64,000 bases of DNA. Origin: Halorutilales archaeon Cl-col2-1. Lineage in GTDB: Archaea > Halobacteriota > Halobacteria > Halobacteriales > Afararchaeaceae. The notes beneath the pieces were generated by a model. It did not search any database and was not told where the DNA came from. It saw only the letters and a program-made list of their open reading frames with translations. Shown one piece after another: positions 29,135 through 38,883 of this stretch (positions are counted from its first letter, which is position 1; each line of letters starts with the position of its first letter). The stretch lies in the NCBI GenBank assembly GCA_041891055.1, contig CP169074.1, forward strand, positions 576,001 to 640,000, written 5' to 3'. The translations under genes and the position numbers were made by a program.

Positions 29135-29773
29135 CTATCCTAGCTTCGCTTTCGTCTTACCTGTGAGAGACGACGGGATTACTGCTGTCTGTGTTGATCC
29201 GGATCCCCTCGGCGGGTTGATCTCTATTGTCGCTTCGGATCCCTCGGGTAGACCATCGTCACCACGTATCGCGCTCGCATTTATGTGAATCTCTGCCATA
29301 TCTGCCGGGTCGTTGAGGACTCCACTTACAGTTATGGAGTCATCGTCCTCGTTCTGGAAGGCATCCTGTACGGCAGTTACGTTGTACTCCGACGAGTCAG
29401 TCATATTACTGATAGTGTCATTAGTGTACGTGAGCGGCTGGACGTTATCGGAGTCGGTGTAGGTTATCGTTGTGTTAGTGAGGTCTATGTTATTACTACC
29501 CGGCTGGAGGCTTATTGTCATATTTATCCAGTCGATCGTATTATTGCCAGTCACATTACCTGTCACACCATCGACGTTGACTCCCGTCGCAACCTGTTCT
29601 GTACTCTGCTGTCCTGTGCTCTGTGCCTGCTCCTGTAGGAACCCACTCGTGTTGATCAGCACCGCCGCCGCGATGGCTGCAACCAGCACCATCGCTATGA
29701 ATATGATCAGGGTTCCAATACCTACCTGACCTCTGTCTTCTGCTGTCGTCTTTTGCATTCTCATTGTTTCCAC
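29135..29773 (-). CDS. Archaellin
   Basis: Class III signal [23 protein letters not shown]. Confidence 0.93.
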   Translation of the reverse strand: METMRMQKTTAEDRGQVGIGTLIIFIAMVLVAAIAAAVLINTSGFLQEQAQSTGQQSTEQVATGVNVDGVTGNVTGNNTIDWINMTISLQPGSNNIDLTNTTITYTDSDNVQPLTYTNDTISNMTDSSEYNVTAVQDAFQNEDDDSITVSGVLNDPADMAEIHINASAIRGDDGLPEGSEATIEINPPRGSGSTQTAVIPSSLTGKTKAKLG

Positions 29774-29836
29774 CGAGGCTAACGCCTCTTACTGGCTTAA
29801 ACAAAAGCGGGGTTCTATTTAAAGGTAAGCACTCGT

Positions 29837-29852
29837 TTTTCAGTTCTGATAA
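29837..29852 (-). promoter_or_regulatory. TTATCA-N4-TGAAAA semi-palindrome upstream of the archaellin TATA box
   Basis: One mismatch from TTATCA-N4-TGATAA; TTTAAA at about 29818-29823. Confidence 0.5.
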
Positions 29853-29875
29853 CGGCGAAAAGAGTGATTGATCGG

Positions 29876-30250
29876 TTACTTCGAGCTTTCGGGTCTCTCG
29901 GAGCCCTCGTGTGCCCTCACGGAGAGCTTCTGAGCCTCGACTCTGCCGTCCTTATAGACCCCCTTGGCGACGACTATACGTCCTTTACCCATCGTCTCCG
30001 GGGTAGTGCCGTCGTGAACAACCGGTACGGAGGCGTTCTCGTCGAAGACCTCGAAACGGAGTGTCTCGCCCGAGTCGTTCATAGCGGTGACACGTCCCTC
30101 TAAGTTGATACGTTCGCCGTCGAGGTTCTCCTGGGAGACGTCGGTCGGTGAGACGAACCTCGTCGTGGTTCCCATCGTGGTCGCTGTCAGAACTAGGAGA
30201 AGAACCGCCATCCCCGTGCCGCCGAATATGAGTTTCTTTCTGCGACGCAT
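29876..30250 (-). CDS. CcmE-like OB-fold protein
   Basis: N-terminal TM; FVSPT..INLEGRV..VVAKG..LSVRAHEG pattern. Confidence 0.7.
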   Translation of the reverse strand: MRRRKKLIFGGTGMAVLLLVLTATTMGTTTRFVSPTDVSQENLDGERINLEGRVTAMNDSGETLRFEVFDENASVPVVHDGTTPETMGKGRIVVAKGVYKDGRVEAQKLSVRAHEGSERPESSK

Positions 30251-30346
30251 CTGTCTTAGAGTCGTAGCCCGGGATGTTTAAGCTTTCGGCTGTTCCCCAG
30301 TTCTTTTAGTCTCCGACACATAGAATCCAGGGGAGGAATACACGAA

Positions 30347-31768
30347 TTGACGGCTTCCGCAACATACCAGACGAGAGTCGTAGTGGTGGACACCGACGAC
30401 GCGAGGCTCGAAGAGACAGCCTCGGCTCTGAGGGGGGACTCCGACTACGCCGTACAAGAAGCTGGAGCCTACGGAGACGCTCTCGAATACGTGAACGGGG
30501 AGACGGGCTGTATAGTCTCCTCGTACGACCTCGGAGAACTGGACGCGTTCGACCTCTACGACGCGGTCAGAGACGCGACAAGTAAGCCCCATCCTCCGAT
30601 GGTTCTCTTCGTCGAGGACGGATCGGAGGAGGTAGCCTCACGTGCGGTCAACTCCGACGTGATGGGGTATGTCAAGAAGTCCTCGGACGGCTTCTACGAG
30701 AAGCTGGTGGAGAGGGTCGAAGACGCCGTCTCAGAACACGCCGACAAGGTGAGGGCTGACAGATACGGAGCCGTCATAGAGGCACTCGGATACCCCGTCT
30801 ACGTCGTCGACGAAGAAGGCGAGTTCTCGTTCGTCAACGACTGTTTCGTCGACCTCACAGGATACAGTCGTGACGAGATAATCGGGAGTCCAACGTCCCT
30901 GATGAAGGACAAGGAGACAGTCGAGGCGGCGGAGAACCATCTCGGAAGCATACTTTCGAGCGACGGTCCCGACACAGTGCGTTTCGAGGTCGAGATAGAG
31001 TCGGCGGACGGCGACACCATTCCGTGTATCGACCACATGGGATACCTGCCTTACGAGGGTGATACCTTCCGCGGGTCGGTCGGAATACTCCGTGACATAT
31101 CCCACGAGAAGGAACAGGAACAGCAGATCAAGGTACTCGACCGTGTCCTGCGCCACAACCTTCGGAACAAGATGAACATAGTCATGGGTTACGCACAGGA
31201 CATACAGACAGGACTATCGGGAGAAAACAGAGAGAAAGCCGAGCGCATAGTCGACACGGTGAAGACACTCCTGGGACACGCCGAGAAAGCGCGTAAGATC
31301 GACGAGGTTCTCATCGAGAAGGAGACGAGTCTGAGGAGAACAGACATTGCCGAGGTTCTCGAAGCTGAGGTCGAGAGTCTGAGAGACGAGAGCTCCGAGG
31401 TGGAGATAAAGTCCGAGATACCCGACTCGGTCACTGTCTACGCCATCGAATCCGTCGACGCCGCCTTCAGGGAGATACTCGAAAACGCGGTCGAACACAA
31501 CGACTCGTCGGAGCCGCGGGTCGAGGTCGGTGTCGAGAAACACGACGACAGAGCCGTAGTTACTGTGTCGGACAACGGATCGGGTATTCCACAGGACGAG
31601 ATCGACGTCGTGACGGGAGAGAAGGAGATCGATCCCGTCTCACACGCGAGCGGTCTCGGTCTCTGGATAGCCAACTGGGTTGTCGAGAGATCCGATGGAC
31701 GTGTCGAGTTCGACGTCACCGACGAGGGAACCACGGTCGAGGTCTGGCTCCGGAAGCCGACTGAGTAA
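30347..31768 (+). CDS. Receiver-like/PAS sensor histidine kinase
   Basis: LRHNLRN H-box, ENAVEH and DNGSG..GLGL motifs; PAS domain. Confidence 0.9.
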   Translation: MTASATYQTRVVVVDTDDARLEETASALRGDSDYAVQEAGAYGDALEYVNGETGCIVSSYDLGELDAFDLYDAVRDATSKPHPPMVLFVEDGSEEVASRAVNSDVMGYVKKSSDGFYEKLVERVEDAVSEHADKVRADRYGAVIEALGYPVYVVDEEGEFSFVNDCFVDLTGYSRDEIIGSPTSLMKDKETVEAAENHLGSILSSDGPDTVRFEVEIESADGDTIPCIDHMGYLPYEGDTFRGSVGILRDISHEKEQEQQIKVLDRVLRHNLRNKMNIVMGYAQDIQTGLSGENREKAERIVDTVKTLLGHAEKARKIDEVLIEKETSLRRTDIAEVLEAEVESLRDESSEVEIKSEIPDSVTVYAIESVDAAFREILENAVEHNDSSEPRVEVGVEKHDDRAVVTVSDNGSGIPQDEIDVVTGEKEIDPVSHASGLGLWIANWVVERSDGRVEFDVTDEGTTVEVWLRKPTE

Positions 31769-31793
31769 AGTAACCCGGCAAAGTAAAACACGT

Positions 31794-32561
31794 ATGAACG
31801 AGTACATACAGACCGCCGTAGAAGCCGCTGAGTCGGCGGCTGAGATACAGAGTAAGAAAGGAGAAAGACGGACTACCGACCACGGCTACAAAGGGAGACG
31901 CGACCTCGTAACTCAGATAGACTACGAGTCCGAGGAGGCGATACGTGAGACTCTACTCGGCGAGTACCCCGACCACTCCGTGCTCGCAGAGGAGGAAGGT
32001 GAGGAGGGCGACTCCGAGTACAGATGGATAATCGATCCCCTCGACGGAACCACTAACTTCGTACACGGAGTACCCCATTACGCAGTCTCGATAGCCCTCG
32101 AAGTCGACGGAGAGGTACAACACGGCGTTGTCTACCACACGCCGACCGACGACGTATACACCGCCTCGGAGGGCGAGGGTGCGTATTTAAACGGCGAAGA
32201 GATTTCGGTCTCGTCGAACCCCGACCTGGAGGAGTCGGTGATAGCCACGGGATTTTCGCGCGAGTCGGTTGAAGACGAGGCTCTGATGTCGGCTCTCAGG
32301 ACGGTTATAGCTGAGAGCCACGGTGTGAGACGGATGGGATCGGCGGCTACCGACCTCGTCCTAGTCGCATCGGGCGTCCTCGACGGATTCTACGAGAGGT
32401 TCCTCAGTCCATGGGATATCGCCGCGGGGTCTCTTATAGTCGAGGAGGCGGGAGGTACGGTCACCGACCTCGAAGGTGGTGAGAGTTACTTCGAGACGGG
32501 CGACATAGTAGCGACTAACACCGAGATACACAGACAGGTACTCGACCTCTACGAAGAATAA
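31794..32561 (+). CDS. suhB: Inositol monophosphatase family protein
   Basis: WIIDPLDGTTNF and PWDIAAG motifs; start re-placed to ATG 31794. Confidence 0.92.
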   Translation: MNEYIQTAVEAAESAAEIQSKKGERRTTDHGYKGRRDLVTQIDYESEEAIRETLLGEYPDHSVLAEEEGEEGDSEYRWIIDPLDGTTNFVHGVPHYAVSIALEVDGEVQHGVVYHTPTDDVYTASEGEGAYLNGEEISVSSNPDLEESVIATGFSRESVEDEALMSALRTVIAESHGVRRMGSAATDLVLVASGVLDGFYERFLSPWDIAAGSLIVEEAGGTVTDLEGGESYFETGDIVATNTEIHRQVLDLYEE

Positions 32562-32586
32562 GGAAGAACTTCTTCTCTACTCCTAC

Positions 32587-33786
32587 TTAGTCGGCGTCTG
32601 CTGTCATGTCGTCCTGGCTCGCCGCGCAGTTGTTGGGACCGAGTTCGAGGTTTATCGCCTCTTCCTCGTCCTCTATCTCGTTCTGTCCGAGGTTGGTCTC
32701 GATTATGTCGGTGTAGTTCGAGGGACGTGACGGCATGTCACTTAGGAGCGACTCGACGAAGTCTTCCTCGTCCATCTGTAGAACCGGGTTGACCTCCTTG
32801 AGCTCTCCGACTGATGTCGTCATCGGCTCGGCGAACTCGACTCCGATCGCCTCTCCGTCGGCTCCCACAGAGAAATGTCCCGGGAGTATGTCGGTGTCGT
32901 CGTCGAGCGAGAGTATCCTCTCATGTATCGTCTCGTACTGTCTGTGGGCGAAGTCTTCGGCACCCTCGTCTCCACCTTCGAGGTCGGGACGTCCTATCGA
33001 CTCAACGAAGATAGTGTCTCCCGTAGCGAGAGCCTCTCCGTTGATGAGGTAGTTCATTATATCGGTCGTGTGTCCCGGAGCGTGGACTCCCTCGATCTCT
33101 AGGTTCTCGCCGACCTCTAAGACCTCGCCGTCTCCTAGGGTATCGAAGTCACCCTCGGCGCCTCTCTCGGGGGCTCCCTCGGGGAGGTAGTAAGTAGCGC
33201 CGACCTCATGTGCGAGGTCTTCTCCTCCCGAGAGATGGTCAGCGTGGATATGTGTGTCGAGAACGTGTGTTATCTCGTAGCCGTTTTCGTCTGCGATGTC
33301 AGTGAACTCGTCTGTGTGCTGTGTCGCGTCTATGACGACGGCATTACCCGACTTCTTGTCTCCCACGACGTAGCTCAGACAGCCCTTCGCGCGTCTCTGT
33401 ACCTGCTTGACATCGAGGTCGTCGTCACCTATGTCGATGTCGACAACATCGTAGACCGCGCTCCACGCCTCCATGCCGCCCTCGACGTTGTAGACGTTGT
33501 CGTGTCCTCTCTCGTCCATCATGTCGGCGGCGTATCCCGAAGATCCGCCCTTGGCACAGACCATGTAGACGGGCTTGTCCTCGGAAATCTCGTCGGCGTA
33601 CTCGTCGGGCTCTTCCTCTATGTCCATGAAAGGAATGTTCTCCGAACCCGGAATCCTCCAGTCCTCAAACTCGTCCTCGAAACGTACATCGACTATACTG
33701 ATGTCTTCCCCCGCGTCGATCTTGTCTCTGAGCTCCTCGGCAGTTATGCTTCTGTCGGCTTCTCTCTTATCAACGTTGGATGTCAA
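32587..33786 (-). CDS. Rhodanese-MBL fusion (persulfide dioxygenase-like)
   Basis: CAKGGSS rhodanese loop and THIHADH MBL motif. Confidence 0.9.
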   Translation of the reverse strand: MTSNVDKREADRSITAEELRDKIDAGEDISIVDVRFEDEFEDWRIPGSENIPFMDIEEEPDEYADEISEDKPVYMVCAKGGSSGYAADMMDERGHDNVYNVEGGMEAWSAVYDVVDIDIGDDDLDVKQVQRRAKGCLSYVVGDKKSGNAVVIDATQHTDEFTDIADENGYEITHVLDTHIHADHLSGGEDLAHEVGATYYLPEGAPERGAEGDFDTLGDGEVLEVGENLEIEGVHAPGHTTDIMNYLINGEALATGDTIFVESIGRPDLEGGDEGAEDFAHRQYETIHERILSLDDDTDILPGHFSVGADGEAIGVEFAEPMTTSVGELKEVNPVLQMDEEDFVESLLSDMPSRPSNYTDIIETNLGQNEIEDEEEAINLELGPNNCAASQDDMTADAD

Positions 33787-33879
33787 TGTTTAACAACCCC
33801 ACCTGGCAAGAACTAACACGGTATGATTTATAAACCTTCCTCATATCTGAGGGAGACTACGTGGGTAGTAGCTGTCTCG

Positions 33880-34329
33880 TCACAAGTGCGACGCCACGAG
33901 ACCGACTCCGACTGCGACGAGGACGACTCCGTTTAGCTTGACGGATAGACTGTGATACCTCTCGAAAGCGTCGGTGTCGGGGTCTTCGCGTGACTTGTCG
34001 TTCCCCTTTATCTTGGGAATCAGAACCTGGCGCGCATAGAGGTTAAGTACCCCGCCGACGCCACCCGCTCCGACGACTAAGATGAGGGGAGTCGAGAAAC
34101 CATCGACTACGCCGAGAGCGACCGACGAGACGACCGTGACTGAGCCGAGGACTACACCTATGAAGTAGTAGGCTGGGAATATCGAGTTAACTACGTCACC
34201 GGCTCTATCGCGTTCAAGCTCCCCGAATATACGTGGTGCGGCGACGAAGGAGAAGAAGACTATCTCGCCGAGCCAGACCCCTAGCGACGTGTCGATCACA
34301 AGACTCAGGAGGCTTTCTATGTATGTCAT
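33880..34329 (-). CDS. DUF4149-like membrane protein
   Basis: FVAAPRIF..AG....IFP.Y and FERYHSLS pattern. Confidence 0.8.
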   Translation of the reverse strand: MTYIESLLSLVIDTSLGVWLGEIVFFSFVAAPRIFGELERDRAGDVVNSIFPAYYFIGVVLGSVTVVSSVALGVVDGFSTPLILVVGAGGVGGVLNLYARQVLIPKIKGNDKSREDPDTDAFERYHSLSVKLNGVVLVAVGVGLVASHL

Positions 34330-34423
34330 CGCTTACTCATACTAACCTAGAGTATGTTCGGTCTTAGTCTTTGGTATGGGTTACAAGCCAAGGTCTTATG
34401 CTTTACTACGCCGAAACTTCCAT

Positions 34424-35374
34424 ATGTTTGTCGGACACGCGGCTCTGGCGTTTGCGGTTGCGGCTGGGGTCACTGTCGCCGCGGGATGGGATCGTGACAA
34501 AGCCCTCAGGCTCGGCGTCGTAGCCGCGGCTTTTGGCGCTGTTCCCGACGTCGACATGGCCTACGCTGTCTTGGGATTCCTGGGTTCCGGAAGCATCTGG
34601 GGTGGCGTCGAGTCGTTCTGGGAGCACTCGACAGTGACACACAGAGGTATAACTCACTCCCTAATCGTGGGTACCGTCGCTGCGTTCGGGTTCGGAGCCG
34701 CCGCGAGAAGTCTCCTCGTCTCCACGGTCGTGCTCGGGTCACTCGTCGTCGGAGGCGTGGCTCTGGGCGGTTCGTTAACAGGAGGCGTCGCTCTCCTGTT
34801 CGGTTTAGTAGGCGGGGGAATCGGTGTCGTAGCCTCGCGCGAGTTCACGGCGCGAACCGTTACGGGAGCGGCAGTATTGGGCTTAATCACGCACCCCTTC
34901 GGAGACATCTTCACGGGTGAGACTCCGGATTTCGTCTATCCGCTCGGTTTCGAGTTGTTCGAAGACCGTGTCGTCCTCGTCTCCGACGCGACACTGAACC
35001 TACTGGGAGTCTTCCTCTTAGAGCTGTCTGTAATCTGGCTCGGCGTCTACGTGTACAGCCGTCTCAGACGAAGATCCGTGAGGTCCGACATCGACTTACG
35101 AGCACTCGCGGGTGTCTTCTACGTCTTAGCAGTCCCGGTAATTTCTCCACCGACACTCGACAGATCGTACCACTTCGTCTTCACAGCCGTCTCGGTCGGA
35201 GTCGTCGGCAGTCTCCCGCTGAGTACGAGTACACTTCCCTCATCGGTGTCGGATAACGAACTCAAGAACCCCATTGGGATCGACGCCGACTCTGTCTACT
35301 CCGCGACAGTCACCGGACTCACCGGAGTGACAGTAGCTGTCCTCGCGTACGCAGTCGGTTACATAGCTGTCTGA
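34424..35374 (+). CDS. Membrane metal-dependent hydrolase (YdjM-like)
   Basis: MFVGH, PDVD, HRGITHS and HPFGD motifs. Confidence 0.88.
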   Translation: MFVGHAALAFAVAAGVTVAAGWDRDKALRLGVVAAAFGAVPDVDMAYAVLGFLGSGSIWGGVESFWEHSTVTHRGITHSLIVGTVAAFGFGAAARSLLVSTVVLGSLVVGGVALGGSLTGGVALLFGLVGGGIGVVASREFTARTVTGAAVLGLITHPFGDIFTGETPDFVYPLGFELFEDRVVLVSDATLNLLGVFLLELSVIWLGVYVYSRLRRRSVRSDIDLRALAGVFYVLAVPVISPPTLDRSYHFVFTAVSVGVVGSLPLSTSTLPSSVSDNELKNPIGIDADSVYSATVTGLTGVTVAVLAYAVGYIAV

Positions 35375-35468
35375 AACACCCGGTCGCTGAAGGGTGCAAG
35401 TAGAATAGTGTTGAGATCGATCAAAGAATTCATACACGGTTGGCAAGATACCCCAGAATTGTGTCTCA

Positions 35469-35630
35469 ATGACCTCCATCAACGATCCGAAAGTCCAAAG
35501 AGACGTGTACATCGTCGTCGCCTTCTTTACCACACTTTCAGTGATTGGTCTCCCGGTAGGCGCGTTCTTAGCCTATCGAGCATTCCAGATTCATCGGTCA
35601 CTCCCCGACGATGATGACGATAGCCAGTAA
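35469..35630 (+). CDS. Putative 53-aa membrane peptide
   Basis: Hand-translated: hydrophobic core VYIVVAFFTTLSVIGLPVGAFLAY and acidic tail PDDDDDSQ. Confidence 0.55.
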   Translation: MTSINDPKVQRDVYIVVAFFTTLSVIGLPVGAFLAYRAFQIHRSLPDDDDDSQ

Positions 35631-35766
35631 GGAGTAACTCACTCATTCGTACAGACCGATCACACCTTCCCGCAGATCAAACTCGGTTCGTACCACATTT
35701 GCTCACTGTACTGAACGATGCGTGCGTTCCCTATATTGAACGAACCAATCCAGAATATATCATTTT

Positions 35767-35785
35767 CTGAGGATTTCAACAGAGC
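35767..35785. mobile_element. Possible solitary IS5-family terminal repeat
   Basis: CTGAGGATTTCAACAGAGC; its reverse complement GCTCTGTTGAAATCC resembles IS903/IS5-type ends; no partner end seen. Confidence 0.4.
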
Positions 35786-35787
35786 TA

Positions 35788-36147
35788 CTATGTACTAATC
35801 GTCACCTGACCATCGTTATCGATGCCAATCGTTGTTGCAGAATCATCGCTTGGGAATGTGTATGTCTTCACGGTAGTGTTCCCATCAACGGACACTGCGA
35901 CCTCATACTCACCGTTTTCGCTAAAGGAGTCCAGTTGGGTATCTGACTCAGCGTCGAGTGTTCGACCTGCTGAATAGACTAATCCTCCGCCCTTCGTGAT
36001 TTCAACGACAACTGCGTGGCTGATGTCATCCTGATTAACAAGATAGACGGTGTCGGTTGGACTACTGCTGTTCTGGAGTGCAGTACAACCTGCGGAGATG
36101 ACCAGTAAACCTAGCAAAAGGCTGAGTGCGGTCTTTCTAAGAATCAC
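35788..36147 (-). CDS. Putative lipoprotein
   Basis: Signal peptide with lipobox ISAGC; beta-rich body. Confidence 0.7.
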   Translation of the reverse strand: MILRKTALSLLLGLLVISAGCTALQNSSSPTDTVYLVNQDDISHAVVVEITKGGGLVYSAGRTLDAESDTQLDSFSENGEYEVAVSVDGNTTVKTYTFPSDDSATTIGIDNDGQVTIST

Positions 36148-36251
36148 ACGATCATGTTACCTATAAGTCAGAAAAGCGTTCCCATTTCTATCGGTCGCTA
36201 CCAATTCTGTCTGAACCCAAGACCGATTAAGGCTCGGTTCGAATCTACGAC

Positions 36252-36866
36252 ATGGAGATTGGCGACGTAGGTATCTTACGAGGTTCGGGAAGACTCAACA
36301 CAACGGTCTCGTGGCTTCTCATACTCTTCGTCTTGGGAGTCGCGAGTGTGAGTCTTCTTAGGGGCGAACTCCTGTGGTCGGGACTCGTCTTAGCCGTCGC
36401 CGTTGTGAGCGTCTATCCCTCCGTGAGGTACAGGAACGTGTCTGCAGTCATACACTGGAAGATACTCCTACTCGCTCTTCTTCCGGTAGTCGGTCAGACC
36501 GTCGGGGCACCTTTCCTCACGACACGTCTCGGAACTTACATCTCGGTTGCGGCTGTCGCCCTAATCGTCGTGGCTGAGATACGTGTCTTTACCTCGACAA
36601 AAATTCCCGACTATCTCACGGCTGTACTCGTAGCCGTCGCCACGGTCGCCTCAGCAGGCATCTGGGGCGTCGTCAGCTGGCTCTCCGACGTCTACCTCGG
36701 GACATCGATGGTGCCGACGGAAGAGGATCTGATGTGGGGTTTCGTCACGGCGACAGCCGCGGGACTAGTCGCCGGAGTAAGCCTAACCTTCTACTTCCGG
36801 CGTGGAGGCTCCAATCCACACTCCTCGAAAAAGGAAGAGAAGGAGGTAGGACATGGAGAGACGTGA
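36252..36866 (+). CDS. Hypothetical membrane protein
   Basis: About 6 TM segments; overlaps the next gene. Confidence 0.8.
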   Translation: MEIGDVGILRGSGRLNTTVSWLLILFVLGVASVSLLRGELLWSGLVLAVAVVSVYPSVRYRNVSAVIHWKILLLALLPVVGQTVGAPFLTTRLGTYISVAAVALIVVAEIRVFTSTKIPDYLTAVLVAVATVASAGIWGVVSWLSDVYLGTSMVPTEEDLMWGFVTATAAGLVAGVSLTFYFRRGGSNPHSSKKEEKEVGHGET

Positions 36867-37494
36867 CAGATTAATGTCGGAGAGTTCACAGGCACGTATA
36901 AGCAGAGGAATGCAGATTCTACTCGTCATCGTAGCTGTCTACGGACTCCACCGGAGGAGCGTAGGAACCGTGATCAACAGTCTCGTGGGTCTGGTTATAA
37001 CTTTCTTGCCCTCTGCTCTCGAACGCGACTACGAGATACCCATGGACGCGAGGCTAACGCTCTGGATAACTAGCGCGATCTTCCTCCACGCAGTCGGAAC
37101 ACTCGGCCCCTACTCCTCGGTATGGTGGTGGGATCACGTCACTCACACCCTCTCAGCCGCAGTAGTCGCAGGGGCGGGATACTCGACGGTTCGCGCTCTC
37201 GACATACACTCAGACGAAGTCGAGATACCGCCGCGGCTGACGTTCGTGTTCGTCCTGGTCTTCGTGGTCGCCTTCGGTGTCACATGGGAGGTTCTGGAGT
37301 TCGGTGTCGAGAAAGTCGGAGAGGCGACATGTCAGACCCTTCTGACCCAGTACAGCCTCGAAGACACCATGAAAGACCTGATATTCGACATAGTGGGGGG
37401 TGTGATCGTCGGAATCTGGGGCACGGCTTACCTCACCGACGTCATAGGAGGTATAACGAGTCTCCTCGAAGACAGGGAAGAGAAGAGAGAATAG
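36853..37494 (+). CDS. Membrane protein with putative metal site (DUF2238/VanZ-like)
   Basis: WWDHVTH, WEVLEF and DTMKD motifs. Confidence 0.8.
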   Translation: MERRDRLMSESSQARISRGMQILLVIVAVYGLHRRSVGTVINSLVGLVITFLPSALERDYEIPMDARLTLWITSAIFLHAVGTLGPYSSVWWWDHVTHTLSAAVVAGAGYSTVRALDIHSDEVEIPPRLTFVFVLVFVVAFGVTWEVLEFGVEKVGEATCQTLLTQYSLEDTMKDLIFDIVGGVIVGIWGTAYLTDVIGGITSLLEDREEKRE

Positions 37495-37499
37495 AGGGA

Positions 37500-37607
37500 T
37501 CAGTACTTCTTGCCGCACCGGTCACATCTCCTTTTCCGACATCCCACCCTCATCTCGGGCATCGGTTCATTCTCCTCGTTCTTCGTGCATCTCGGACACA
37601 GTGCCAT
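37500..37607 (-). CDS. Putative 35-aa zinc-finger micro-protein
   Basis: Hand-translated MALCPRCTKNEENEPMPEMRVGCRKRRCDRCGKKY. Confidence 0.6.
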   Translation of the reverse strand: MALCPRCTKNEENEPMPEMRVGCRKRRCDRCGKKY

Positions 37608-37655
37608 GTCTGATAATCCCACAAATGCCTAAAATATCCCAAGTATATGACCTGT

Positions 37656-37760
37656 ATGGATTCCGCCCCGGAACCAGACACCGAACGTGGCTGTCCGAAA
37701 TGTGGTCACACAGAGACTGAAAGCCGAAAAAGCATATCGCGACACCGACAACAGCCGTGA
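37656..37760 (+). pseudogene. Truncated zinc-ribbon protein
   Basis: MDSAPEPDTERGCPKCGHTETE followed by an early stop; second CxxC missing. Confidence 0.55.
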
Positions 37761-37822
37761 GAGATAACAAGTGTGGATGTTCGACAGGGATATCAGACTG
37801 AGACTCCTTAGGAAAACACACG

Positions 37823-38872
37823 ATGACACCTCTTGAGATAAGTCTCCGTATCGCCGCGGGTCTTCTCCTTATCCTCGCCAACGGCTTCTTCGTAGCCATC
37901 GAGTTCGCTCTGACACGTGCGCGGCAGTTCAGTGAGAAGGAGTTCATCGACGGGGACTCCGCCCTCGAAAGAGCGTGGGAGATGACACAGAACCTAGAGA
38001 TATACCTAACGACGTGTCAGGTCGGCATTACGGCGTCGAGTATCGCTGTTGGTATCGTCGCAGAGCCCGCTCTCGCGGCTCTCTTCGAGCCCTACTTCGT
38101 CGGCACGCCTCTGGCTTCGATAGGAGCAGGTGCGATCATCGCATTCGGTATTATCAATCTCCTACATCTCACTCACGGAGAACAGACGCCGACCTACCTC
38201 GGTGTCGAACGGTCAAGAATGGTCTGTCGGTACGGCGCAGGACCTCTCTACTGGTTCAACCGTCTGATCTCGCCTCTCATAACCTTCGGCGACTGGATCG
38301 CTAAGGCGACACTCAAGGTCTTCGGGATCGAGATGACGGGTGCGTGGCTTGAAACAGAGGAGGAGGTTCTCGAATCACGTGCACAGCTACGTAACCGGCT
38401 CTACTCGCTCCTAGAGGAGGGTGAGATTCCCGAGGAAAGACGTGAGGAAGTCCTCGGAGCCTTAGACGCCGACGAAATTACGATCAACGAGATAATGGTT
38501 CCGAAAGACGAGATCGTATTCCTGTCGACGGCTGATTCTCCCGAGGAGAACCTCGATCGGATACGCAAAACACCCCACACTCGGTTTCCGGTCGTGGGTG
38601 AGGAGGCGACTGACTTCCACGGAATCGTGTATCTCCCCTCAGTCATGGAGCATCTCGACGAACTCAGATCGGGAAGTCTCTCGTTCACCGAGATCGCGGC
38701 ACCCCCGATGACTCTTTCGGCGGATACTAACGTGAGTGACGCGTTCGACCAGTTCCAGGCGGAGGATCAGGAGCTAGCCCTCGTAATCGAAGACGGTGTA
38801 GTCGTGGGACTTCTGACCGCGACCGACGCACTCGAAGCCGTGATGGGTGAGCTCGAAGATCCTCTAGATTAA
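37823..38872 (+). CDS. CNNM/CorC (hemolysin-like) CBS membrane protein
   Basis: NGFFVAIEFAL, GEQTP and HTRFPV motifs; CBS pair. Confidence 0.92.
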   Translation: MTPLEISLRIAAGLLLILANGFFVAIEFALTRARQFSEKEFIDGDSALERAWEMTQNLEIYLTTCQVGITASSIAVGIVAEPALAALFEPYFVGTPLASIGAGAIIAFGIINLLHLTHGEQTPTYLGVERSRMVCRYGAGPLYWFNRLISPLITFGDWIAKATLKVFGIEMTGAWLETEEEVLESRAQLRNRLYSLLEEGEIPEERREEVLGALDADEITINEIMVPKDEIVFLSTADSPEENLDRIRKTPHTRFPVVGEEATDFHGIVYLPSVMEHLDELRSGSLSFTEIAAPPMTLSADTNVSDAFDQFQAEDQELALVIEDGVVVGLLTATDALEAVMGELEDPLD

Positions 38873-38883
38873 AAGCTGCATCT

